DNA of 64,000 nucleotides from the NCBI RefSeq assembly GCF_030028105.1, contig NC_092374.1, positions 39,751,016 to 39,815,015 of the forward strand. The letters run 5' to 3'. Under the pieces are notes generated by a model that did no database searches, had not been told where the DNA came from, and saw only the letters and a program-made list of their open reading frames with translations. Below are positions 1 through 11,649 of this stretch, piece after piece (within the stretch, counting starts at the first letter, position 1; each line of letters starts with the position of its first letter). The position numbers and the translations under genes are program-made. The DNA is from Mobula birostris. Taxonomy: Eukaryota.

Positions 1-615
1 AAAACCAAATTGCGTAATGGACTGGACATAAGGAACTCCGTTCGAGTATCGCTGTCTCCCATCACCCCTCGATGGGACCATCTGGTTGCAGGGAAACAAG
101 TATTCAGCACAGGGCTCCCACTGATTCAGCAATATTGGTGTGTTGCAATGATTTTATATGTTCATACGGGGAAAATATGTGCTGTGTGTTTAATATCCAA
201 ACGTTACTTAAAATGTTATGATGCTTTTGACTTACTTATATAACCATATAACAATTACAGCACGGAAACAGGCCATCTCTGCCCTTCTAGTCCGTGCCGA
301 ACGCTACTCTCACCTAGTCCCACTGAACTGCACTCAGTCCATAACCCTCCATTCCTTTCCTGTCCATATACCTATCCAATTTTTCTTTAAATAATATCGA
401 ACCTGCCTCTACCACTTCTACTGAAAGTTCGTTCAACACTTACTTCAAGCTCCCTTGTCCTGGGACTTCCGGTAGAGCTCATGGAGTGAAGTCGTGTTCT
501 TGACTCGCTCCATTACCTCTGAGTTTTTCTTCTTATGATCAGCTATATTTTAATTAACCATTAAGGCATCGACTTTTACAATATTTTGAAATAAATTGGG
601 CTCTTTGATAATTGG

Positions 616-1545
616 ATGCGTTTAAGGTCTGCTATGTCTAAGAATGGAAAAAACGGGAAGGACGGCAAACCTCCGGTTAGACCGAAAGGTACCGATTTTC
701 CTCCGACTGAACCACCGCTGACTTTGAAAGCTATATCGGAGCTAATTCAAAGGGAAATTTCAACCTCTGTTACGGAGCTGATTCGTGCGGAAATTTCAAC
801 CTCTGTTACGGAGCTGATTCATGTGGAAATTTCAACCTCTGTTACGGAGCTGATTCGTGTGGAAATTTCAATTAATTTCCAGAAAATTGCCGATTCAATC
901 GATAAGATACAAACATCTATTACGGAACATCAGTCGGCTATATCTGATCTTCAAAAATCCACGCAACAAAGTGAGCTCAAGATGGAGAAAATCGAAGAAA
1001 CAATTAATGTAATGAAGAAGAAACTTGACTTTCTGACCTTTAAAAACTCTGACTCAGAATCCAGAATGCGACGGCAGAATCTTCGAATGATTGGGGTGCG
1101 TGAAGCTGTTGAATCTGATAACCCTATGAAGTATTTTTCTCAACTTTTAAAAGACGCATTTCCTACTGTATTTCCTGACCAACCACCGTTATTGGATCGT
1201 GTTCACAGAGTTCCATCATACTCGTCTAAGTCAGATAAACCTCGACATGTTATATTACGTTTTCATTACTTTCAAGACAAGGAGAAACTGTTTCGTTTGA
1301 TCTAAAGGTTACATTGATTTTTGGATCTTAAGTTCCAATTCGTGGAGGATTTCAGTAAACCAATTCGGGATCAACAGGTTCGTTACAGATCTGTGATGTC
1401 GGAACTCTACAAGATGGATTTAAAACCAGCGCTGCTCTACCCTGCATGTTTAAGGATTCGTACGTCGGATGGAGCCCTCCGTTTTTTTGAATCTCCATCG
1501 GATGTCCAGAGTTATCTGGATCAATTTTCACCTTCAACATCTTAA
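616..1545 (+). pseudogene. L1 ORF1p (coiled coil, RRM, CTD), disrupted near 1300-1320
   Basis: Motifs ESRMRRQNLRMIGVRE, LDRVHRV, PRHVILRFHYFQDKE and LLYPACLRI match L1 ORF1 (Transposase_22-like). ORFs 616-1305 and 1321-1545. Confidence 0.9.
739..870 (+). repeat. 36-bp tandem repeat (~3.7 copies) in L1 ORF1, encoding ELIxxEISTSVT
   Basis: Units begin at 739, 775, 811 and 847 (gagctgattcgtgcggaaatttcaacctctgttacg and variants). Confidence 0.95.
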
Positions 1546-2251
1546 TTGTAATTTTTAACTATCTCCGTTTGATCGGAGGTTGTGAATTTGTCAGTTTTAA
1601 TTTTTTTTTGCCTTATATGGGCAGAAAAGTTTATTTTTGATTAATTAATATGGTTGCTAAACTTTCTTTCTATCTGCGTCATTCCTTTCTTTTTCCCAGG
1701 GGATTCTGGGTGGTTATTCCCTCACCGTCATTCTACGTATTTCCTTTGAGGCCTTAAATTTTGTAGTTTTTAAATCTACTTCTTTTTGTAGGTTTTCATA
1801 ACTAGTTTATGTTAATAATCTCATTTCTTTTTTTGTTTACTCATAGGGTCTGGGGTTTGTTGCGGTTTTTTTTTATATTTTCTGGCTTTTTCTCTGTTAT
1901 ATTAAGTGCTTGTTTTAATTGATTTACCTTTTTTTTTATTTTTTTTACTGTTTTATAACTAGCTGATCTTTTTTATATTTACACTTTTTTTAGGGAGCGT
2001 ATACCGGAAGTCATGGGGGGTAGTTTTAGTGCTTGCTTCTTTCTGGCTGGTCTGTGTTAGATTTAGCCTTGGGCTCATGGGGTGGTGGGAGGGGTTTCAC
2101 GTTTTAGTTTCTTTCTTCTTGGGCTATGTACACTATTGAAGTATTGGTTGCGTTCTCCTTCCCGGTATCTCTTATTTGTTCTGTTCCCTTTCCGGGTTCA
2201 TGGGTCGAGCCTATCGTCAATCCTCCTTGTTGCAGGTTGACTTTAGGGTTT

Positions 2252-5200
2252 ATGGAGTCTATTATTAATTTTGTCTCCTGGAATACTAATGGTCTTAATC
2301 ATCCTATTAAAAGGAAAAAAGTTTTTAAAGTGTTCCGGAGACTTAAAGCACAAATTTTATTTTTACAAGAGACCCATGTGCGGAGGGGGGACAGACTACG
2401 TTTTTTTAAATTCTGGAAGGAACAACAGTTTCATTCGAACTCCAACGCTAAGATTCGAGGTGTCTCTATTTTTATAGACTCCTCAGTTACTTTTATTCAA
2501 CATGACATTATTTCTGATCCGAATGGTAGATTTCTACTGGTTAGTGGTCTACTATTTAATAAAAAGGTAGTTTTGATTAATGTTTATGCTCCTAATATGG
2601 ACTGTCCGGAATCTTATAAATCATTATTTAATCAGTTCCCGAATTTGAATGAGTTTTCATTGATCTGGGGCGGAGATCTTAATACCTGTTTATCTCCAGC
2701 TTTGGACTGTTCAGCTCCTCTACGGACCTTACCTGATAAATCTGCAACTCTGATTAATTCATTCCTCTCTGATTCTGGGTCGACGGACATTTGGCGTTTT
2801 TTGCATCCTCAGAAAAAAGATTTTTCTTTTTTTTCACATGTTCACCATTCCTATTCAAGAATTGATTATTTCTTTATTGACTCTCGTCTTATTTCTTCAG
2901 TGATTAAATGTGATTATGACTCTATAACCATTTCGGATCATGCTCCACTTAAGTTTTCTATTAAAATTCAGGCCAATACACAAAATAATAGACAATGGTG
3001 TTTTAATTCGCTGTTGCTTCAGGACTCGGGCTTTGTTAACTTTATGAATGAACAGATTGATCTTTTTTTTTACAATCAACTATACAGAGAATATTTCTGT
3101 GAACATTCTTTGGGATACTTTTAAAGCTTATATTCGTGGTCAGATTATCTCGTATTCTGCTGCTTTGAGGAAGAAGCTGAAGCAGGAGGAGTTGGTAATT
3201 GTGGACAAGATTAAGGAAATTGATAAGAAATATGTTACAGCTCCCTCTGAGGAGTTATATAAACAAAGAACTGAACTTCAAATGGAACACAGTTTATTAC
3301 TTTCGTCCTCGATTGTAAACCAATTAAAGAAAACAAGAAGTGAATTTTATGTACAGTCACAAAATTGGCAAACTGCTGGCTAATCAATTGAAGTCTAATT
3401 ATGCTAAATCTCAAATTAATCAGATTTATAACCAAGATGACCGACTGATACTTGATCATGCGGGGATTAATCAAACTTTCTGTGATTTTTATTCTTCCTT
3501 ATATCAATTAGAGTCTCCTCGAGACTCTAAATATATGAATGATTTTTTAGATAACCTAGATTTCCCTGAGATTTCACAGGATATGCCTTCTATGCTAGAT
3601 ACTCCCATTACCACTGATGAGATTAAGAATGTTATTTCCTCTATGAATTTGGGGAAAGGTCCTGGCCCTGATGGGTTTACCGTAGAATTTTATAAATGTT
3701 TTGCACCCTCATTAATCCCTTGGTTCTGTTGGGTTTTTGAGGCTTCATTAAAACTTGGTAAACTTCTCGAATCTTTCAATAGAGCGTCAATTTCTCTAAT
3801 ATTAAAGAAGGATAAAGATCCTGCTCAATGTGCATCTTATAGACCAATATCTTTATTAAATGTTGATTCTAAAGTGTTTTCTAAGTTATTAGCAAATAGA
3901 TTAGAAAAAGTACTTCCTTTTATTATTTCGGAAGACCAAACGGGTTTTATTAAAGGTCGTTACTCTTTTTATAACATTCGCACACTGTTAAATATTGTTT
4001 ATACCCCCTCACAAAATGTTCCTGAATGTGTTATCTCTTTAGATGCTGAGAAAGCTTTTGATAGAGTAGAATGGCCTTACTTATTTAAGGTGCTTCAAAT
4101 GTTTAATTTTAGCTCGAAATTTATATCCTGGATCAAACTGTTATATCATTCTGCTGTGGCCTCGGTCCGTACTAACTCTCTAAGCTCACCTTTTTTCCCT
4201 CTTTTTCGAGGTACTCGACAAGGTTGTCCTCTTAGTCCTTTATTATTTGATATTGCATTAGAACCTCTTGCAATTGCTACTCGAGAATCTCCAAATATTA
4301 CTGGGATAACTCGGGGCATAAAGTCTCATAAAATATCACTCTATGCTGATGACTTACTTTTATATATTTCTAATCCTCAAAAATCCATCCCTGCTGTTTT
4401 AGAGTTATTAGCACAATTTAGTCTCTTTTCAGGTTATAAATTAAATCTTAGTAAGAGTGAACTTTTTCCAATTAATAAACGACTTCCCTTATATCATAAC
4501 TTTCCATTTAAATTGATTAATAATTATTTTTCATATCTTGGGATTAAAATTACTTGTAAATACAAAGATTTATTTAAGATTAACTTTTTACCCTTAATTG
4601 ACCATATTATTCAACTTTCATCTAAATGATTTCCTTTATATTTAACTTTGATTGGTCGTATTAATGCAGTTAAGATGTTTTTTTTGCCAAAATTTCTATA
4701 TATATTTCAGGCATTACCAATCTTTGTCCCAAAACCTTTTTTTGATAAAGTTGACTCAAAAATTTCTTCATTTATTTGGCAAAATAAAAACCCGAGGCTG
4801 GGTAAAATACATTTACAGAAAGCTAGGAGAGATGGAGGTTTAGCATTACCTAACTTTAGATTCTATTATTGGGCAATTAATATTTGACATATGAAATTTT
4901 GGTTACTTGACCAGGATATACTATCTATTCCTAAATGGGTAGCATTGGAATTACAATCTGTTCAGGGCTATACACTTGGCTCTATTTTAGGTTCCTCTCT
5001 TCCTTTTGATTTGAAACGCCTCAAACAGGTATCTAACCCGATAGTTAAATATACCTTACGTATTTGGTTTCAATTCAGAAAATTTTTTGATCTTAACCAA
5101 TTTGGGCTAGCGATTCCTACTTTAGGTAATATATTTTTTCCTCCCTCTTTTACGGATCGTGCTTTTCAAATTTGGAAGACTAAGGGTATTTCACGGTTTT

Positions 5201-6024
5201 TGGATTTTTTTTAGATGGTTCCCTTATGTCTTTTGAACAATTATCTAATAAATATAATTTATCAAGAATACATTTTTTTAGATATCTACAAGTTAGAAAT
5301 TTCCTAAGTACGATACTTTCTTCTTTTCCTATGCTTCCTCCTACATACATTTTAGATACTATAATTAACCTTAATCCATGTCAGAAAGGTGCATCGGCTA
5401 TGATTTATAATATTATTATGAAACTTAGGAAGGCTCCATTTGATAAGATTAGGGTAGATTGGGAACAGGAATTGGGGTCTATCATTTCCGCGGATAACTG
5501 GGGGCAGATTTTACAATTAGTCAATACTTTCTCTATCTGTGCTAAACATTCCCTAATTCAATTTAAAGTTGTTCATAGAGCACATATGTCCAAAGATAAA
5601 TTAGCTCGCTTTTATTCTCATATTAATCCTTTTTGTGATAGATGTCCGGGGCAGATAGCCTCTTTAACTCATATGTTTTGGTCTTGTCCTACTCTGGAAA
5701 CTTTTTGGAGACATTTTTAATATTATCTCTAAGGTATTGAATATAGATATCTCTCCTCACCCTATTACTGCTATCTTTGGACTACCTAAGATTTCCAGTA
5801 ATCTTTCTCCTTCAGCCCGTAGAATGATTGCATTTCTTACTTTAATGGTGAAAAGATGTATCTTACAACATTGGAAAGAGCTTAATGCTCCAACTACCTT
5901 TTTTTGGTTTTCTCAGACGATATTATGCTTGAATTTGGAGAAAATCAGAAGCAATCTTTATGATTCCTCACTTAAATTTGAACAAACCTGGAGATCTTTT
6001 ATTCAATATTTTCATTTAATGTAA
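2252..6024 (+). pseudogene. L1 ORF2p (APE endonuclease, reverse transcriptase, C-terminal Cys-rich domain) with several frameshifts and stops
   Basis: Endonuclease: SWNTNGLN, LQETH, GGDLN, SRIDYF, SDHAP. RT: GPGPDGF, YRPISLLN, LDAEKAFDRV, GTRQGCPLSP, YADDLL. C-terminus: CDRC...HMFWSC. Confidence 0.95.
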
Positions 6025-7454
6025 TTTTTTTTTCTCCTCTTTTTTTTGCTCCATATTTATATACCGTTCTTGTTTTTTTTTACTGTTTTTAATGGAGGTC
6101 GGGATTGAGGACGTGATTTTAAGTTTTTTTAACTCTGCTTGGTTCCAAGTTAGCCCATTGCTTTGCTTTGCTTTTAGTTAGTTGCACGGTGGTTTTTTTT
6201 TGGGTTTTTTTTTTCTTTTTCTCTATTGATATATATATATAAATTAGTATACTATTATGTTACCTTAGTATGTTATGTTTAAATTACATTGTTTGTATCA
6301 TTTTTTTTGTATTAATATCTGCAGTAATTTTATTATATTCTAACAGTGTATTAGTGCTTATATGGTTTACCTTTTTGTATACTTATTCAATAAAAAGATT
6401 TAAAAAGAAAGAAAGAAAGCTCCTTTGTCCTTTCCTGATAATTGACTTATCGCTATATTCATGCGAGGAAGATGTGCGCTGTGTGTTTAATATTAAATTC
6501 GTTAGATAAACCCTTTTAGAAACAAAATTGAGTGTATTAGCCACTTATTACCTATATTCCGGTCGCGATTAACACCCCCCACCCCCCGCAACAGTATCGC
6601 TAAAAATGATTTGTAGAAAAAAATGGCACGTACACGCATGCGCAAATCACGCATGCGCACTGGTGCCCGCACAAGGCTTCATGGTCACTGTAGTCTCACT
6701 GTGTAAACAACGTATTTGGCTCTACTCTTGTCCCTACCCCACCCCCACCCACCCCCAGGTCGGCCGGTCCGCAAGAATATTGTCAATATGAAACCGGACC
6801 GCAGTGCAAAGAAGGTTGGGGACCCTGTTATAAAATATGCAGTTAATTTGGAAGCAAAATCTGACACAGCTCTTGGCAAAACTCTACTTCAAGAAAATAT
6901 ACTTTAGAAAGACCATCTGAACATCAAAAATGTAATTCTCTTCACTAAGATGTGTAATGTACTACGAAAAAATTAAACACTGGTTCATTTCAAAACAAGG
7001 AGCACCAGAAGCAACATACAGGCAGTTCCCAGCTTACAAGAGTTCTATTCCTGAGAAATGTTCATAACCCAATCTGTTAATGAACATAAACAGTTTGTGG
7101 GAGGATCACACAAATAGCTGTGACAAGAAAATGAACAGGCACAGGAAGAGCTCCTGAAAGCTGTCCTCGCTGACTCAGCATGTGAGCCAGTGAGTCAGCC
7201 CAACATTCCCACCTCTGTTTAGCTTGTCCCAGCGCCCAGATGTTATGGCTTAGTGATGGCGGACGCATGGGTGGCACTTGCAAATGCCCCATTCCCCAAC
7301 CTGCAAGAAATGCCAGCAGCTGAAAGATTCATCCCTAACCAGTCAGCTGGTTTCTCAAACCCTCATTCATATGCATGTGCCGTCCTTAAATCAGCACAAT
7401 CATTTCAAGGACAAATTTCTCCATGTGTATTGAACAATCAGGGTGAGTTTTTAC

Positions 7455-7556
7455 CTTCAATACAGCATCAAGTGCAAGGGACACCTGGAAAGACTTCAAT
7501 AGCTTGTCATATTTGCTTAGGCGCTGCCGCATAGGTCTGTTGACCAAAAAGTCATC
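7455..7556 (-). CDS. UTP15: UTP15 coding exon 9 (DDFLVNRPMRQRLSKYDKLLKSFQVSLALDAVLK); gene continues left of window
   Basis: 102 nt with AG/GT borders, phase 0/0; similar to human [33 protein letters not shown]. Confidence 0.9.
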
Positions 7557-8039
7557 CTTGAATGGGGAAAGAATGTAAACATAAATCTGTTCTAGTTAAA
7601 AACATCATAGTACTTAATTTATAGAAAGTGATCAATTTCCAAACTCTGCTTTTCACCATTAAATGTAATCTTAATATAAGAAAAACATTACAAAAAGCCT
7701 ATTTAATTAGAATCCAAAAAAACATTGTGAAATCAATTTCACAACTGCATGATGCAGGACTCAATACTGAAGACATAATTACATTTTGTCCAACATGGAC
7801 CTACTGTTCTAAGATAAACATATAAAGTACAACAAGAACAATTGGAACTTAAAAGGAGTCACTCATGAATAAAAATAGTATTGGAAAGTGGTTATGATGG
7901 CAATTTAAGACAACTTGACACATAAATGGGCATTCATTATGAGTCCTTAACAATTGCAATATTATTCGTAGAGATTTAGTTCAAACTGTTAACATTTCCA
8001 ATAGGTTTAGCATCAATCAACTTGGCTAATAAACAGAGT

Positions 8040-8965
8040 TCACATAACATAATGGAGATTGCTGGCTGTTGCAGTAGACAGAGCGCTCGATGAACCACCC
8101 CCCCCCCCCACCCCCTGTGGTCTAGCCTCCAGTGGACACAGTGACTCACAGACAGTAGGCCTCCCTTCAGACTCTTGGACCCAGGACTTCAGCCACCGAG
8201 CTTCAACTTCCGATTGACCTTCAGGCTTTGATCTTCATTATCGACCCCCAGCACTAGTCAATGACAGGATCTAGAACTCCAGGCTTTAAACTCAAATACC
8301 TGGGGAAGATGGTTGGGGGGGGGGGGGGGGTAAGAGAACCGGCCCTTGTGACAGCTGCTCTCCTGGACATCCGATCTCAAGATTGGGAGGGTGGGGGCTA
8401 CCAGCCTTCAGCCTCATTAGTCCTTATCCACAGCGCTTGCTAGCGCAACATTCATGGATATCCTTCATCACATCCACCATCGCTGGCCTTCGAATGCGAA
8501 GCAGAGGTCTAGAACCCACCCTGACCTCTAACTCCTCCACCATCCCTGTCCCTAAGCCCTAACCTGGCCTCCAACTCCCCCACATCTCTGTTCTAAACAC
8601 CAACTCCATTCTGACTCCAAAACCATCCCTACAGGTTCAGAAAACAACTATGTCTGAACCATGACTTCAACAGAGACTGCAGCTCAGCACCATCTTGATA
8701 CGATTCCTCCTTTTTCAGCTCTTTGCCTCTTCCACCTATCACCTCCTAGCTTCTCACATCATTTCCTTTCATCATTCCTCCCCACCTACCTTCCACCTCA
8801 CCTCGACTCACCTACTTCCTGCCAAATTGTGTTCCTTCCTCCTTTTTATTCTGAGATTTGCCCCTTTCCTTTCCAGCCCTGAAGGGTCTCAGCCTATAAC
8901 ATCGTGTTGATTTCCCTCCGCAGACGCTGCCTGACCTGAGATCCTCCAACATTTTGTGTGTGTGT
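8040..8965. mobile_element. Degenerate repeats: a minus-strand element starting caagatggtgc (~8040-8698), then a plus-strand Penelope pLTR remnant (~8700-8965)
   Basis: The remnant ends ...gaagggtctcagcc...gacgctgcctgacctgagatcctccaacattttgtgtg, similar to 34720-34810. Confidence 0.5.
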
Positions 8966-9073
8966 TCTCATATAATTCTGTCATGTAGACCTGCATTATG
9001 GCTCAGTAGTTGAAATACACATATGGGACTTCACTAAAATTAAACTAAATATTAACATCTCATTATCGCTCAC

Positions 9074-9235
9074 CCTTTTTGGCATGTAATCTTTTCCTTT
9101 AATGAAATATCTGTAAGAAGGTCCTTTTCTCGCTTTTGCAACATCAACCACTTGGTGCTTCTTTACATTCTGTTTCCGATGTTGAATACTCAGGACGCTA
9201 TTTGTCATTCCAACAATAATGGCTTCATCTTCAGG
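9074..9235 (-). CDS. UTP15: UTP15 coding exon 8 (PEDEAIIVGMTNSVLSIQHRK...YRYFIKGKDYMPKR)
   Basis: 162 nt with AG/GT borders; similar to human [21 protein letters not shown]...YRTFIKGKNYM. Confidence 0.93.
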
Positions 9236-9479
9236 CTAAAAATAATATATAAAATAAATTGCAAAGAGATGAGCAACCAAAGTTTGCTATTTAAAATACA
9301 AGCTTTTCACTAAGCAGAGCATACAAACTGATATAGCAGGTAAGGTCAGAAACCTTCTGGGGTTAGAGTTCCAGATTACCAAGCAGCACGCACTACTATA
9401 AAATACTTGAGCAACCAAGGAAAGGTAATAGTCAGAAACAAAACCAGTTGCAGCTGTGCTACTACAATGAAAGAAATCT

Positions 9480-10450
9480 GGCTTTATTGAAGATTCCTAG
9501 GGATAGGATTGACACACATTTGGAAAAGCATGAACATATTAAGGGTAGTCAGCAGGGATTTGTGCAGGAAAGATGCCGCTTCACAAGCTAAGTAATTTTT
9601 GGAAGTGTTGAGGATGATTGAGGGTAGGGCAATGAATGTTATCTATGTGGACTTTACAAGGTCCCTCATGGAAGGCTGACCCAGAAGTTTAAGTCACATG
9701 GTGTGTTGGCAATTTGGGTATAAGATTGGTTGTGATCTTGGTGTGATCTGTGCAGGGCACCCACTCCTAGGGAGAGTAGCAACAGTACTGAATTTACCCC
9801 ATTTGTGGACACTTTCTCTTAGAGCACTCAAGTCTTTAGAAATGCTTTTGTAGCGTTTTCATGTTCTCTACAATTCTTCTAAGGTCCTCTGAAAATTGCT
9901 TTGATCAGGGCATACTGCATATAAGCAGACCTTTCTTGAGAAGAACATGCTCTGTCAGTAACCTGACTTTGTGTGTTTCTACACTCTCAGAGTCAGGCAC
10001 CACTACAACCACACCACCAGTCTCATCTCATTCACTGAAACGCCTGACTCCAAATAGCTTTTGTAGAAGCCATTACCCCAGACGTTCACATACGCATACA
10101 AGTAGTACAATTGTTTGTGTGTTAATAGTTTGGACAGATTGCGTTTGTCTATTATTGTGATTTAGATGAAGATCAGACCACATTTTATGAGTAATTAACG
10201 CAGAAAACCAGGTAATTGCAATGGATTCACAAACTTTTTTTGCAATTGTACATAAGAAGTGGTAGGCTCAGGGGAGGTGGTAAAAGCAGATATAATAGCA
10301 ACATTTAAGACATCTTAGGCAGATGTCAACAGGCAGGAAATAGAGAAATACAGGTCACATGCAGGCAGATATGATTAATGAGACTGATATCATAGTTTGC
10401 ACAGACATGGTGGGCCAAAGAGCCTTTTCCTGTACTCTACTGTTCTATGT
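9480..10450. mobile_element. Degenerate CR1 fragments (+) interrupted by a Tc1/mariner remnant (~9790-10250)
   Basis: CR1 RT-like nucleotide motifs (gtagtcagcagggatttgtg, atctatgtggacttt) and a CR1 tail. Tc1-type terminal region 'gatcagaccacattttatgag...caaactttttttgcaattgta'. Confidence 0.55.
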
Positions 10451-10582
10451 CCAGTGCAACTAAATATATTACTATTCAAACAACATTCAAGTGTTTTACA
10501 CAAATTATAAAAATTTCAAGTCAATCTGTAAATGCCTGGAGAAGAAACAAAATGTCATAGCAGAACAAAATCTCATACTCAC

Positions 10583-10667
10583 TGCTAAAGCTAAACTCAG
10601 AATGGATGCTGCATAATTCAAAGTGTGTACTACTTTGTACGTCGATGTACTGTATATTTTGACATGC
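10583..10667 (-). CDS. UTP15: UTP15 coding exon 7 ([28 protein letters not shown])
   Basis: 85 nt, ttccag|...|gtgagt; phase consistent with neighbours. Confidence 0.93.
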
Positions 10668-11649
10668 CTGGAAGTTCAAAAATATATTAAGTAAACTCAC
10701 CAAAAAATGTAACATCGAAGAAAACCACCATTTGGCAGCACAGTTGTAAAGGCAAAACATTGAACATATGTAGAACTGTTCAATCATAAAATCAGAATTT
10801 TACTGTAGAACTACAGAATTCAGTCAAGACTACACTGGCATTCAAAATTATTCATAGTTCCAACAAAAGGACATTCTCAGACTGTTTTTCTTTTTAAAAA
10901 AAAATGCACCCCTCTATTTTAAAAACTGTTATAGGTTTGATTCATATCATTGATTCTGGTAGCACATTATAATATCTGCATAAGTAAAAGCTCTAATTAC
11001 TGATTTCTTCCTCATGATGGTTTCATAAATTTCATTACGGGATTTGGGTTTACGACTTAAGTAAGCATTTATCATTTCCCTCTAAGCTGCACCTGAAAAT
11101 GTGCTGGTAAGCCACATTCTTGAATAGCAGCAATTCTTCAGATTAAGGTACTACCACATTGTTGCTGAATAGAGTTGCATGACTGAGATCTAGTGATGAA
11201 GACGACAAATTACTTCCAAGTCAATAGTGTACAACTTGTATCATATATACACAAGTATAACAAGACCTGCTGACTTTGTCCTTCTCAGTGCAGAGGTCAG
11301 AAAAGATAGTTAGAAATCTCAGATTGGAAACTGCAGCACATTTGGCAAATGGAACAGACTGTAGCTACTAAAACAGGCAGAGTGAAAGTTTATGATGGAT
11401 AGAGTGCCAAACAGACGGCTGTGCCTTGAACGATAGCAAGCCTCCTATTACAATCACGCTCAGAGGTAAGTATAGGATCATCCATCTCACTCTTGATTTG
11501 TAAAAGTTTCAGGGGGTCAGGAGGTGAGTCATGTGCCACTGGCCACTTGCCAAGTCAAGTCTCAGGTCAACAATTACCTTCAAAATACTGAGTGTGGCAG
11601 ACCTTGGGACTGGAATGACATTGAATTTGTTGCCACAGGCGGCCGGAAA

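Larger units (their letters stand above)
462..6416 (+). mobile_element. Near-full-length L1-clade LINE, antisense in a UTP15 intron
   Basis: 5' end gggacttccgg, then ORF1, spacer and ORF2. AATAAA at 6389-6394 followed by an A/GAAA tail. 15-bp TSD aagctcc(c/t)ttgtcct at 447-461 and 6417-6431. Confidence 0.95.
1..6827 (+). mobile_element. hAT/Charlie-type DNA transposon, 3' part, split by the L1 at 462-6416
   Basis: 1-125 encodes KTKLRNGLDIRNSVRVSLSPITPRWDHLVAGKQ...AQGSH*, a typical Charlie/Buster transposase C-terminus. The right end 'ccggaccgcagtgcaaagaaggttggggaccctg' (to 6827) is a Charlie-like terminus. An antisense CR1 3' tail lies at ~240-440. Confidence 0.75.

Noticed and set aside
739-870. 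36-bp repeats as a CRISPR array
   Set aside because: The units are contiguous with no spacers, lie in frame in L1 ORF1, and the DNA is eukaryotic.
2126-2251. 42-aa N-terminal extension of L1 ORF2
   Set aside because: Endonuclease homology starts at the Met at 2252; the upstream open frame is probably incidental spacer sequence.
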